DNA of 47,929 nucleotides, from positions 1 to 47,929 of the forward strand of contig JBDHJS010000030.1 in assembly GCA_039586795.1 (NCBI GenBank), given 5' to 3'. The translations under genes were made by a program, and so were the position numbers. A model generated the notes under the pieces. That model was not told the origin of the DNA, made no database searches, and saw only the letters and a list, made by a program, of their open reading frames with translations. Positions 8,413 through 17,815 of the stretch are shown in pieces; the stretch's first letter is position 1; the number at the start of each line of letters is the position of its first letter. Source of the stretch: Gemmatimonadota bacterium (GTDB lineage Bacteria > Gemmatimonadota > Gemmatimonadetes > Palauibacterales > KS3-K002).

Positions 8413-9765
8413 CTAACCGCCCGGTCGTCCGTAAGGGTAGAACATGACAGTCAGTGTCCAACGTAACACGAAGTTCTTTTTCGGGCCGTCACCCGCCGGC
8501 GTGTTCGCGAACGCCGCGTTGCTGGCCCAGAAGGGCAACGACACCATGGCAGCTACATTGCGGAAGCCGCCGGCGAAAGTGAAGCCCGCGTCGGCCCAGA
8601 GTTTGTTCACGTGCAGAACGCTGGCTCTGAATTCGCCCCCAGCCGAGCCTTCGCCTTCCGGCAGTTCCCGCCAGTCGAAAAGGAACGAACCGTCCGGGTT
8701 CAGGTCAGCCGGTCCCAAGCGATCCGGAATCCCTGGGGTCCAGGCGGCTTCGACAAACCCGTCAATGCGACCCCAAAAACCGGACGGCGTGGAGTCTCCT
8801 ACGCCGAGGGCGCCGGCGACGCTCAAGTAGCCGTCGACCAAGGGCTGGGTCTCAGAGTAGGCCCGTAGGAACGGGCCCCCCGGCATGAAGTAGGCGATGT
8901 CCTGGAACAGCGCGCCCTTCACGTCGAGGTACGGGTTCTGCCAACGGCTCACCGGGTCGGCGCCGTAAAGCAAGAATCGGCGTTGCAAGGGAGGGCTGTT
9001 GCCGGCCCAACCACCGGACATGCGAGCGACCCAATCGAAACGCTCCACCGTTCCCGCCACCTGGGCGTCCACTTCCCCGCGCAGATAGTTGTAGTCGCTT
9101 CCCGCCACATCGATGCCCCAGATCAAGCTTCCCGTAATCCGCGGCGTCGACCAATCTCCCCTTCCCCAGGTACCCTCTACGGCCAAACCGAAGTCCTGGC
9201 CGCGGCTCCACGGATATGGGCTAGGCACCGCAGTGCACGGAGCCGCCGGCGAGTCGGGGCAAGAGAACAGCGGTAACGGTTCGATGTAGCTGTCGTCATC
9301 CAGCGAAAGCACCGAGATGCCTGCCGATAGACGGTTCACCAATAACGGGCTCGGCTCGTCATTGGTGAGTATCGGGAAGAAGAGGCTGACTCCGGTTCTG
9401 CCGTGAAGGTTGCGATAGGCGAGCGTGCCCCACCCGATCTGCGCCGCGGCCTCGATCGCCGCCGGTGTGCCGCCCTTCGGGTCGGTCCCGAATCCCAAGC
9501 CCAACCACACGGTCGCTTCGCCAAGTCGCGCTCGACCCGCCACTCCGAGAACGCAGCATCCGCTGCTGCCGCCGTCCACATCGTTGGTCCAGATCAGCGG
9601 GATGAGGTCGATGCCGTGCTTCTCGCTCGCCGTCCACCAATAAGGGACCGACGGCAACGCTGACTTGGCGATCACATCCCATTGTGCTCGAGCATCGCTT
9701 GGAAAGTGCGCTACCAGGCTGACTGCGAGCGTCGCCACTAACGATGTTCTAGAGATGTCCATCAC
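8413..9765 (-). CDS. Hypothetical exported protein, possibly an outer-membrane beta-barrel
   Basis: Signal peptide ending ARA-QW; Gly/Trp/aromatic-rich alternating segments; stop abuts the larC ATG. Confidence 0.65.
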   Translation of the reverse strand: MMDISRTSLVATLAVSLVAHFPSDARAQWDVIAKSALPSVPYWWTASEKHGIDLIPLIWTNDVDGGSSGCCVLGVAGRARLGEATVWLGLGFGTDPKGGTPAAIEAAAQIGWGTLAYRNLHGRTGVSLFFPILTNDEPSPLLVNRLSAGISVLSLDDDSYIEPLPLFSCPDSPAAPCTAVPSPYPWSRGQDFGLAVEGTWGRGDWSTPRITGSLIWGIDVAGSDYNYLRGEVDAQVAGTVERFDWVARMSGGWAGNSPPLQRRFLLYGADPVSRWQNPYLDVKGALFQDIAYFMPGGPFLRAYSETQPLVDGYLSVAGALGVGDSTPSGFWGRIDGFVEAAWTPGIPDRLGPADLNPDGSFLFDWRELPEGEGSAGGEFRASVLHVNKLWADAGFTFAGGFRNVAAMVSLPFWASNAAFANTPAGDGPKKNFVLRWTLTVMFYPYGRPGG

Positions 9766-9786
9766 TTTGTAGCCGAATACACCCTC

Positions 9787-10944
9787 TTAGATCTGGTACT
9801 TGAGCCAGGCGCCCGTGTTGAAACAAACAACCTGATCCTCGGGTCCGATGTGCCCTATTGTGCGCAGCCGGTACAACGCCGCCAGCGTTGCGCCGCCTTC
9901 CGGGCAGGCGGCAACACCGGCGTGCCGAAGCTGCTTGGCCGCGGCAACCAGCTCGGTGTCGGTCACCGCGACCGCGGCGGCCTCGCTCTCGCGGACTGCC
10001 TGAAGGATGAGGAAATCACCCAACGCGGCGGGCACACGAAGGCCGGAAGCGATCGTCTCGGGCGCCTCCCATTTTTCGGCGCCGTCGGTCCCCGCCTCCC
10101 ATGCCCTGACCATCGGCGCGCAGCCGGCCGCCTGAACCACGTACATACGTGGTCGCTTGCCAGGCGCAATCCAACCGAGTGCCTCCATCTCGTCGAACGC
10201 CTTCCACATGCCGATGATTCCGGTGCCGCCTCCCGTTGGGTAGATGATGGCGTCGGGCAGTTCCCATCCGAGCTGCTCGGCCACCTCGTAACCCATCGTC
10301 TTCTTCCCCTCCACCCGATACGGCTCGCGCAACGTCGATACATCGAAGTAGCCGGTCTGAGCAGAGAACTCGCGTGCTTTCACTCCGCAATCCGTGATCA
10401 CACCGTCCATCAGCACTACCTCGGAGCCCAATGCCCGGCATTCGGCGATGATGGTCGGTGGCGTATCCTTTGGCATGTAGACGCGCACTGGCACGCCGGC
10501 GCGAGCGCCGTAAGCCGATAGAGCGCTGGCCGCGTTCCCGGCGGACGGTGCGACAAAGCCCTCAGCGCCTCCACCAACGGCTCGCGTCACGGCGGCGGAC
10601 ATGCCGCGCGCCTTGAACGAGCCCGTCGGGTTGAGCCCTTCTTCCTTGACGAGAAGTTGCCCCACGCCGGCGGTCTTGGCCAATTCTGGTAGATCGAGAA
10701 GTGGCGTGCCGCCTTCACCCAGACTGACGGGTTCTTCGCCCTCGGCCAGTGGCATCACCTCACGGTAGCGCCACATGGTCCAGGGCCGCGTGAGCAGATC
10801 TTCCCGCTTCACGGCGCCGGCGATCTTCTCCAACGGATAACGCGCCAGCAGAGGCTTACCGCATTCGGGGCATGTGCTGGGTGTGCCGGCCGAGTCCTCT
10901 TCCCGGCCGCAGTTCGCACAGATGAGTTGAAAACCAAGTTTCAT
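9787..10944 (-). CDS. thrC: Threonine synthase (PLP fold type II) with N-terminal zinc ribbon
   Basis: CANC...CPEC, VSLGEGGTPL, NPTGSFKARG, SAGNA, EGKKTMGYE, YPTGGGTG. ATG at 10944 overlaps the gltX stop. Confidence 0.88.
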   Translation of the reverse strand: MKLGFQLICANCGREEDSAGTPSTCPECGKPLLARYPLEKIAGAVKREDLLTRPWTMWRYREVMPLAEGEEPVSLGEGGTPLLDLPELAKTAGVGQLLVKEEGLNPTGSFKARGMSAAVTRAVGGGAEGFVAPSAGNAASALSAYGARAGVPVRVYMPKDTPPTIIAECRALGSEVVLMDGVITDCGVKAREFSAQTGYFDVSTLREPYRVEGKKTMGYEVAEQLGWELPDAIIYPTGGGTGIIGMWKAFDEMEALGWIAPGKRPRMYVVQAAGCAPMVRAWEAGTDGAEKWEAPETIASGLRVPAALGDFLILQAVRESEAAAVAVTDTELVAAAKQLRHAGVAACPEGGATLAALYRLRTIGHIGPEDQVVCFNTGAWLKYQI

Positions 10945-12398
10945 GTGGTGAGGTCCTTCATGTCTCGTAATAGTCTTGCGATCGTGTCGTTGACCACGCG
11001 CAGCGCTGTGTCTTTGCCCTGAACCTCGAGGATGTCCACGATTTCGGGTCCTGTAGTCGTCCCCGTCAGGCATGCGCGAACGGGCATGAACAGGGCGCGC
11101 CCCTTGAAGCCGGCGCGCTTGCCGGCGTTGCGCACGGCGGTCAAAGCTGACGGTCCGTCCCAAGCGTCGAGCTCGACCAACGAATCTCTCACGGCCTCGA
11201 GCAACGTCAGCGTGTTCTCCGCCGCAAGGCTCTCCAGCGCCTGACCATCCCATTGCATAGGATCTGGCGGGTAGAACTGCGGTAGAAAGCGCCGCGCTTC
11301 CTCGTACGTGTTAATCCGCTCCTGGATGGCCGTCGCTATGCGGACCCGCTCGCTTCCACGATCGGGATAGGCTTCGTCGCCCAACTGGTCCGCCAGGCGC
11401 GCGGCCAGTTCCTCGCCCTCCATCTGCCGGATGTACTCCCCGGAGAGCCAATCCAGCTTCTCCGGGTCGAGTCGCGCATCACTCACACGGAGGCGCTCGA
11501 GGTCGATCTCTTTGACCAGGCGCTCGGGTGGTAGAACTTCATCGCCGCTGGGACTCGACCATGAGAGAAGCGACAGGTAGTTCACCAGGGCGTCGGGATG
11601 GTACCCGTCGCTCATGTACTCCCGAAGGCTTCGGGCACCATGGCGCTTGGATAGGGCCGCGCCATCCGGTGCAAGGACGTGCGGTACGTGAACGAAAACC
11701 GGCGGCTGGTCGCCGAGCGCTTGATAGAGCATCAGCTGCCGCGCCGTGTTGGTGAGATGTCCCGCTCCGCGGATGACGTGGCTGATCTCCATCGCCGAGT
11801 CATCGACGACAACGGCGAAGTTATACGTCGGGAGGCCGTCCGACTTGATGATCACAAAATCTCCAAACTCAGATGCATCAAAACGAACCGTCCCGCGGAC
11901 CACATCTTCGACCAGCGCTTCCCCGCCAGGAACGATGAAGCGCAGGGAGGCCGGAAGGCCCCGGTGCTTCAGTTCCTGTTCTTCCTCTGGGCTCAGGTCT
12001 CGACAGCGTCCGTCGTAGCCAACCTGCCCTTTGGCGTCCAGCATCGCTTGCTTGCGCTCTTCGAGCTCTTCCGGCGTGCAGTAACAGCTATAGACATGGC
12101 CACTGTCCAGCAATCGCTTCGCGGCTTCGTTGTAGGTCTGCAACCTTTCGCTTTGCCGGTAGGGTCCGTGCGGGCCGCCCACGTCGGGCCCTTCATCCCA
12201 GTCGAGGCCCAGCCATTTCAGCGACGCCATGATCTCGGTCTCCGCGCCCGCCACCATGCGATCGGCATCAGTGTCCTCGATGCGCAGAATGAAGCGGCCG
12301 CCGCTGTGTCGAGCATAGAGCCAATTCAACACGGCGATGCGGGCGTTCCCGGGATGCAGTTCTCCGGTCGGACTCGGAGCGAAACGGGTCCTGATCAT
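10941..12398 (-). CDS. gltX: Glutamate--tRNA ligase
   Basis: RTRFAPSPTG, LRIEDTD, PYRQSER, CYC, PTYNFAVVVDD, LSKR, and a full anticodon-binding domain. Confidence 0.93.
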   Translation of the reverse strand: MIRTRFAPSPTGELHPGNARIAVLNWLYARHSGGRFILRIEDTDADRMVAGAETEIMASLKWLGLDWDEGPDVGGPHGPYRQSERLQTYNEAAKRLLDSGHVYSCYCTPEELEERKQAMLDAKGQVGYDGRCRDLSPEEEQELKHRGLPASLRFIVPGGEALVEDVVRGTVRFDASEFGDFVIIKSDGLPTYNFAVVVDDSAMEISHVIRGAGHLTNTARQLMLYQALGDQPPVFVHVPHVLAPDGAALSKRHGARSLREYMSDGYHPDALVNYLSLLSWSSPSGDEVLPPERLVKEIDLERLRVSDARLDPEKLDWLSGEYIRQMEGEELAARLADQLGDEAYPDRGSERVRIATAIQERINTYEEARRFLPQFYPPDPMQWDGQALESLAAENTLTLLEAVRDSLVELDAWDGPSALTAVRNAGKRAGFKGRALFMPVRACLTGTTTGPEIVDILEVQGKDTALRVVNDTIARLLRDMKDLTT

Positions 12399-12471
12399 AG
12401 TGGACGTTGTTCTGAGGCTGGTCGGGTCAAGCGCGGCTCAAGTTAGGCATGGCCCGGTTCCCTAACAAGGA

Positions 12472-14304
12472 TCAAGAATTACCCTGCTGAGACAGGGCGG
12501 AGGCGATCTTGGCCGCCAATTCCGGCCCGATCCCAGGCACCTGGGCGATCTCGTCGGCGGTCGCCGCTTGTACGGCCCGCAGGCTGCCAAACGCGGCGAT
12601 CAGAGCCTTCTGGCGTGCGGGCCCGACACCTGGAATGTCGAGCAGCCCCGAGTGCAGCGTACGGCGACTGCGGCGTTTGCGGTGATACTGCACGCCAAAG
12701 CGATGCGCCTCATCTCTGACCTGCTGAAGCAGGCGCAGCCCGGGCTCGCGCCGATCGAGCCGGAGCGGATCGCTCCGGTCGAGACTGAAGATCAGCTCCT
12801 CCCGTTTGGCGAGCGAGACGAGCGGCAGATCGGGAATGCCCGTTCGCTCCAGCACCTGTGCTGCGGCGGACAGCTGTCCCTTCCCTCCATCGACCAGCAC
12901 CAGCTCGGGGAGTCGCTTCTCTTCCTCCAGGCGGCGCGTGAAGTAGCGAGATACGATCTCTTGCATGGCCGCATAGTCGTCCACGCCCTCAACCGTTTCG
13001 ATCTTGAAGCGCCTGTACTCGCTCTTCAGGGGCTCTCCGTTCTCGAACCACACGGCAGAGCCCACGGGGTCGGCACCCTGAATGTTGGAGATATCGAACC
13101 CGATGATCGAACGGGGCACTCGCTCGAGGTTGAGCGAGTCCCGCAGAGCATACAGCGCGCTCGGCGCCCGAGCCTTTGCCTGTCCCTCCAGCAAACGTCT
13201 CTCTTCCAGCAGATGACGAGCGTTTTCCTCAGCTCGCTCCAGCAGCACCTTCTTCATGCCACGTTGTGGAACCCGGACAGTGAATGCGCGACCCGTGCGC
13301 TCACTGAGATGGCCCTCGACGACATCGCGATCTGCGAAGTCGATTGGAACCAGAAGCTCTCGACCCACCTCCTGCTGCGGCAGATAGTAGCGGACGACGA
13401 AGGCCGATAGGAGTGTCTCTTCGTCCTCGCCCTCGACGTTCCCCATGAAGTAGGCCTCGCGTCCCAGGAGCTTCCCTTCCCGGATTTTGAAGATGACGCC
13501 GCAGGCCATGTCACCGTCTCGAACGAGGGCCACAGCATCGATGTCGCCGCCTCGTGGATCGATGGCCAACTGTCGGCGCTCGATCTCTTCCAGTCCGCGA
13601 AGCACATCGCGGTACTCAGCGGCGCGCTCGAACTCCAGCAACTTGGAAGCCTCGGACATTCGCTCCTCGAGTTTGCGCGCCAACTTGCCCGTATGACCCT
13701 GCAGAACCAGGAGGACCTCGTCGATCATCTCGCGGTACTCCGACTCGCTCTGATAATCGACACACGGTGCCTTGCAGCGTCCTATGTAGTAATCCAGGCA
13801 AGGACGAGGCGGCGCCTGGATCGGAAGATCGTAATGGCAGGAGCGAATCGTGTAGAGCTTCTTGATGGCGCGAAGTGCACGCCTCATGTGACCGACATCG
13901 GCGTACGGGCCAAAGTACCGCGAACCGTCTTTCTGAAGGCGCCGCGTGACGAAGACCCTGGGAAACGGCTCGGCGAGCGTGACCTTGATGTACGGGTACG
14001 TCTTATCATCGCGCAGCTGGATGTTATAACGCGGCCCGTACTCCTTGATCAGGTTCGATTCGAGTATCAGCGCCTCAGAGCTCGACTCCGTCACGATCGT
14101 CTCGAAATCGACGATGCGCCGCACCATCTCTATCGGTTTGTGATGGGATGACGGATCGCCGCGAAAGTACGAGCGCACACGGTCTCTCAGCGACGCCGCC
14201 TTACCGACGTAGATCGGCTTGCCCCTGGAGTCTTTGAGGATGTAGACGCCGGGGTCGGCCGGCAGAGCTGCCAGCTTCTCCTCTAGCACAGGTGTCGTCG
14301 ACAT
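12472..14304 (-). CDS. uvrC: Excinuclease ABC subunit C
   Basis: GIY-YIG (PGVY...YVGKA), UVR domain, FDISN, VDGGKGQ, RDEAHRF, HhH motifs. Confidence 0.98.
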   Translation of the reverse strand: MSTTPVLEEKLAALPADPGVYILKDSRGKPIYVGKAASLRDRVRSYFRGDPSSHHKPIEMVRRIVDFETIVTESSSEALILESNLIKEYGPRYNIQLRDDKTYPYIKVTLAEPFPRVFVTRRLQKDGSRYFGPYADVGHMRRALRAIKKLYTIRSCHYDLPIQAPPRPCLDYYIGRCKAPCVDYQSESEYREMIDEVLLVLQGHTGKLARKLEERMSEASKLLEFERAAEYRDVLRGLEEIERRQLAIDPRGGDIDAVALVRDGDMACGVIFKIREGKLLGREAYFMGNVEGEDEETLLSAFVVRYYLPQQEVGRELLVPIDFADRDVVEGHLSERTGRAFTVRVPQRGMKKVLLERAEENARHLLEERRLLEGQAKARAPSALYALRDSLNLERVPRSIIGFDISNIQGADPVGSAVWFENGEPLKSEYRRFKIETVEGVDDYAAMQEIVSRYFTRRLEEEKRLPELVLVDGGKGQLSAAAQVLERTGIPDLPLVSLAKREELIFSLDRSDPLRLDRREPGLRLLQQVRDEAHRFGVQYHRKRRSRRTLHSGLLDIPGVGPARQKALIAAFGSLRAVQAATADEIAQVPGIGPELAAKIASALSQQGNS

Positions 14305-14307
14305 GGA

Positions 14308-15885
14308 TTAGACGGCGCGATCTTTCCAGCCTCTAAGCCCACCGGCGGGGATAGCCCCGCTGAGCTTAGCGACGGCGAGGTATACTGCCCCGAACGCAAC
14401 CAGCGTTGCTAGCGTTACAATGACCCGCGTTGTGAGATCCGAGCCGACTCCGCTAGGCGGCTCTAGCAACGACTCTACGCCGAGGCCGGCAGCAGCGCCG
14501 GCTGTCGCGCCGGCAACCAGCTTGAGCAGATACGTGAAGTCGACCGAAGTGAAGATCGGGCCGAGCCGCTTTCGCAGACCACCCCAAAGCAGTGACAGGT
14601 AGGTCCATGAGCCCAGTGCGGCGCCGAACGCCAGGCCCGGGACGTAGTACTTCCACATCAGGCTCGCGCCCAGCACCGCGCCAACCGCCAGTCCTATCGC
14701 CGCGTATTTAACTGGCGTTCGCGTATCCAACATCGCGTGGTAGCCCGACGCGAAGAGCTTCACCGATGACGCGGCAAGCAATCCAACGGCATACGCTCCC
14801 AACGTCGCGTGCACCCATGTCGTGTCGGCGACGGTGAAGTTGCCACGCTGAAAGACCAGTGAAACGATCCAGTCACCGAACAGAATCAGGGCGAGCGCGG
14901 CGGGCACGATATTGAACGCGACGCCACGAAACCCGTTTCGCAGCCGCTCTCGCAGTGCTTCACTGGCAGCCAGCTCCGCATCTCGGGAAAGCTCAGGTAG
15001 CGACGCCGCGGCGATCGAGATCCCGAACAGCGCCAGGGGCAAGTAGTATAGACGCTGGGCATAGCCCAGTGTCGCCAACGCCCCATCGGCAAGCAGTCCA
15101 GCTAGGAATACGTCCAAAAGCCCGGACACCTGTATCACCCCCGCGCCGAGCACGACTGGTCCGAAGTTCCGGATCACTATCCGAACCGGCTCCCACGCCG
15201 TATCGAGGGAAAACCGCAGACGGCCGGCAAGCCGCAAGGCGGCGGGTAGCTGAATCAGAAACTGCAGGACGGCGCCGATCAACGTCGACCAGGCGAGGGC
15301 AACGATCAGCGGATCCCAACCCATCTTCCATGCGGTGAGAAGCCCGATGATCTGTGACAGGTTCCAGATCGTTGGGGCGGCGAAGGACAGAAAGAAACGA
15401 CGATGGCTATTGAGGACTCCGAGACACCAGGCCGCCAGAATCAAGAAACCCGCCATCGGGAACAGAATCCGCACCAGTCGAGTCGTAAGCTCGACCTTGT
15501 CGCCGGTCCAGCGTCCCACCAGTAACTCGGTTATCCAGGGCGCTAGCAACACGCCAAGCGCGCTCAACACGGCGGCGAGGATCAGGAGCAGGCTCAGGAC
15601 GGTCCCGGCGAGGCGTTGGGAGTCGGAATCGGCGTCGCGTGCCAGCGTTCCGCTGTACACGGGGATGAAGGAGGCTGAGAGGGTTCCCTCACCCAGTAGG
15701 TTGCGAATCGTGTTCGGTATTCTCAGGGCAGCCGTGTAGGCGTCGGCGGCGATGCCGGTCCCGAAGAACGCGGCGATCGTCACGTCGCGGCCAAACCCGG
15801 CCAGGCGACTCAAAAAAATCCCCGCTCCCACCGCCAAAGCGGAGCGGGGCCGTCGCGCTACTCGATCCTCACCGTCACTCGTCAC
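14308..15885 (-). CDS. murJ: Lipid II flippase MurJ
   Basis: SRLAGFGRD, RIPNTIRNLLGEGTLSASFIP, YAQRLYYLP, RGNF, DTRTPVK. Confidence 0.96.
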   Translation of the reverse strand: MTSDGEDRVARRPRSALAVGAGIFLSRLAGFGRDVTIAAFFGTGIAADAYTAALRIPNTIRNLLGEGTLSASFIPVYSGTLARDADSDSQRLAGTVLSLLLILAAVLSALGVLLAPWITELLVGRWTGDKVELTTRLVRILFPMAGFLILAAWCLGVLNSHRRFFLSFAAPTIWNLSQIIGLLTAWKMGWDPLIVALAWSTLIGAVLQFLIQLPAALRLAGRLRFSLDTAWEPVRIVIRNFGPVVLGAGVIQVSGLLDVFLAGLLADGALATLGYAQRLYYLPLALFGISIAAASLPELSRDAELAASEALRERLRNGFRGVAFNIVPAALALILFGDWIVSLVFQRGNFTVADTTWVHATLGAYAVGLLAASSVKLFASGYHAMLDTRTPVKYAAIGLAVGAVLGASLMWKYYVPGLAFGAALGSWTYLSLLWGGLRKRLGPIFTSVDFTYLLKLVAGATAGAAAGLGVESLLEPPSGVGSDLTTRVIVTLATLVAFGAVYLAVAKLSGAIPAGGLRGWKDRAV

Positions 15886-16144
15886 CGGGCGGAAGCGACT
15901 CCTGTTCCTTCGGCTTTTCGAGGAGCTGCCTGACGAACCGCGACTCCTCCTGCAGCGATTGGACCGTCTCCGAGAGGTATTGCACCTCTTTCTCGAGCTC
16001 TGTGAGCCGAGCCTGGCCCTCGGCTTCCGACTCGCCGGAACCGAGCCGGCGCGCTAGCGCACGGCCCACCTCGGAATCGAGAACGATCGCCGTGAGGGGG
16101 ATCATCATCAGAAGAAGAACAACGACACCAAGTACCCACACCAT
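15875..16144 (-). CDS. Small single-TM coiled-coil protein (89 aa)
   Basis: Hydrophobic N-terminus then heptad LTELEKEVQYLSETVQSLQEE; overlaps the murJ start; candidate promoter upstream. Confidence 0.75.
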   Translation of the reverse strand: MVWVLGVVVLLLMMIPLTAIVLDSEVGRALARRLGSGESEAEGQARLTELEKEVQYLSETVQSLQEESRFVRQLLEKPKEQESLPPGDE

Positions 16145-16179
16145 CCTATCATCACCTCGAATTGCGGGACCGCTTTCGA

Positions 16180-16208
16180 AACGTAGACACCTCTGTTCTC
16201 CGGGGCAA
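16180..16208 (-). promoter_or_regulatory. Putative promoter TTGCCC-N17-TACGTT
   Basis: -35 at 16203-16208 and -10 at 16180-16185, between bshC and the 89-aa gene. Confidence 0.45.
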
Positions 16209-16213
16209 GTCAG

Positions 16214-17815
16214 CTAACCGAGGGGAGTTACCACGTCTTCGTATATGGCGTCGAGCAGCGAGTCGCCGTAGCGAATCAGATACGGGTACGGGTTGAGCAC
16301 GCGCTCCTGAGGCTTGCCGTTCGGGTAGAGGTTGACTGCTACCTTCTCAAGTTGCTGCTGCATCACCTGGTTCTTCTCTTTTACGCGCGTTTGCAGGCGG
16401 CTTTCCAGATCATTGATACCACCCAACACGGCCCGACTTCCGCTGTCGGTGGCGCTCTTGGCTCCCGGATCGAAAGCGATCGCCGCGGCTCGAACGTCCT
16501 CCAGGGATGCGTTCACTGCTTCCCGCAGAGCGTCGAGCGACTCTCTGAGCTCCGGCGGCACCTGTGCCTTCACGATGCGCCCGATCGTGCTTGCCGAGTC
16601 GCCTGCTAGGTCATCCGCGCTTAGTTCGTACTTCTCCAGAACCCGTGACACCTTCGGCTCGATGAGCCGGAAGGCAGCTCGGGGAACGACGACCGGCGCC
16701 GGTACATCGTGCAGTTGGAAGAGTACCTGGCTTTGAGCCAGGTACGCGATCTCCGCCGGGCCACCCACGTAGGCTACAACGGGAAACGCCCGAGCCTCTG
16801 TGACCGGCCGCAAAAGAGCTCCAGGGCTGACGCGCTCTGGACGGGTGTCCAAGATCTGGCGCAGCTCGACACCCTTTATGACGTTCCCCGAGCGCCGGAG
16901 GCGCCCGATATCACCCTCGTATACCAGACGATCTCGGCCCTGTTCTCCCTCCACGAAGAGATTGGTCGTCCCGGCGGTCACTCCGACCTGCGTCTGGTAA
17001 CCTGCCGCCTCCAATTCCGCCGCACGCTGCAGGAGGGCAGAATCAGCTTCCTCGCGTCTCTCCCACTCAGCCCAAAGAAGATCGCGTGTTCTCTGCTTCA
17101 CAAAGGGGTGGGCCGTGCGCGAGATCAGGAAACCGAACCGGCGGAGAGTGCTACCCAGGGCCTGCTGAAACGCGTGGGCCATGGGGCGACCGGCCTTATA
17201 AGCCTCTTGAAGTGGGTGGAGAACGGAGGCCTTAAATTCTGAATCTGCAGTAGATTGGGATAATAGACCTAAGGCAGCCTCGACGTCCTTACCCAAGAGA
17301 ATCTGTTCGACCGGCGGGCTGGCGGCCTCCTCGGACGAGGGACCGTCAACGGCGATTCTGACCAGCTTGTTCTCGACGTTCACGACGTGAGTGTGGTTCA
17401 CCTCGATCCAATCGTGGTCTTCCGACGCGACCGTGAACATTGGCATGACCGGAACACTCAAGGCCTCCTGCAGCTGGCTGGCGAGTCGGGCCGCCGTTAA
17501 CGCCTTGTAGAGGGTATAGAAGGGGCTGACGAAAAGGCCTGCCTGCTGCCCGGTGGCTACGAAGGCACCCTGCCCCTCTATGACCTGGTTCAGCCGCTCC
17601 CGAACATTAGGATCGTCGCTATCGTTCGCGGCCTCCAGGCCTTGCCAATCAGATGGCTCCCGGATGTCGCGAATCTTTTCGAGTGTCAGGCGGTAACTGT
17701 CGAGCTTGGTGGGCGCGGCGGACGAGTAGAATTGGGCCACGCTGTCGAAGTTCTGTATGAACGCTCTGGCGAGCGGGCTTCCACCCAAGGGGATTCGTTC
17801 GACCGTGATATTCAT
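16214..17815 (-). CDS. bshC: Bacillithiol biosynthesis cysteine-adding enzyme BshC
   Basis: VATGQQAGLF..PFYTLYKA, ASEDHDWIEV, SPGALLRP, YVGGPAEIAYLAQ, PQER. ATG at 17815 overlaps the upstream stop. Confidence 0.95.
   Translation of the reverse strand: MNITVERIPLGGSPLARAFIQNFDSVAQFYSSAAPTKLDSYRLTLEKIRDIREPSDWQGLEAANDSDDPNVRERLNQVIEGQGAFVATGQQAGLFVSPFYTLYKALTAARLASQLQEALSVPVMPMFTVASEDHDWIEVNHTHVVNVENKLVRIAVDGPSSEEAASPPVEQILLGKDVEAALGLLSQSTADSEFKASVLHPLQEAYKAGRPMAHAFQQALGSTLRRFGFLISRTAHPFVKQRTRDLLWAEWERREEADSALLQRAAELEAAGYQTQVGVTAGTTNLFVEGEQGRDRLVYEGDIGRLRRSGNVIKGVELRQILDTRPERVSPGALLRPVTEARAFPVVAYVGGPAEIAYLAQSQVLFQLHDVPAPVVVPRAAFRLIEPKVSRVLEKYELSADDLAGDSASTIGRIVKAQVPPELRESLDALREAVNASLEDVRAAAIAFDPGAKSATDSGSRAVLGGINDLESRLQTRVKEKNQVMQQQLEKVAVNLYPNGKPQERVLNPYPYLIRYGDSLLDAIYEDVVTPLG

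Noticed and set aside
12399..12430. TTGACC upstream of gltX suggesting a leaderless transcript
   Set aside because: No convincing -10 box at correct spacing.
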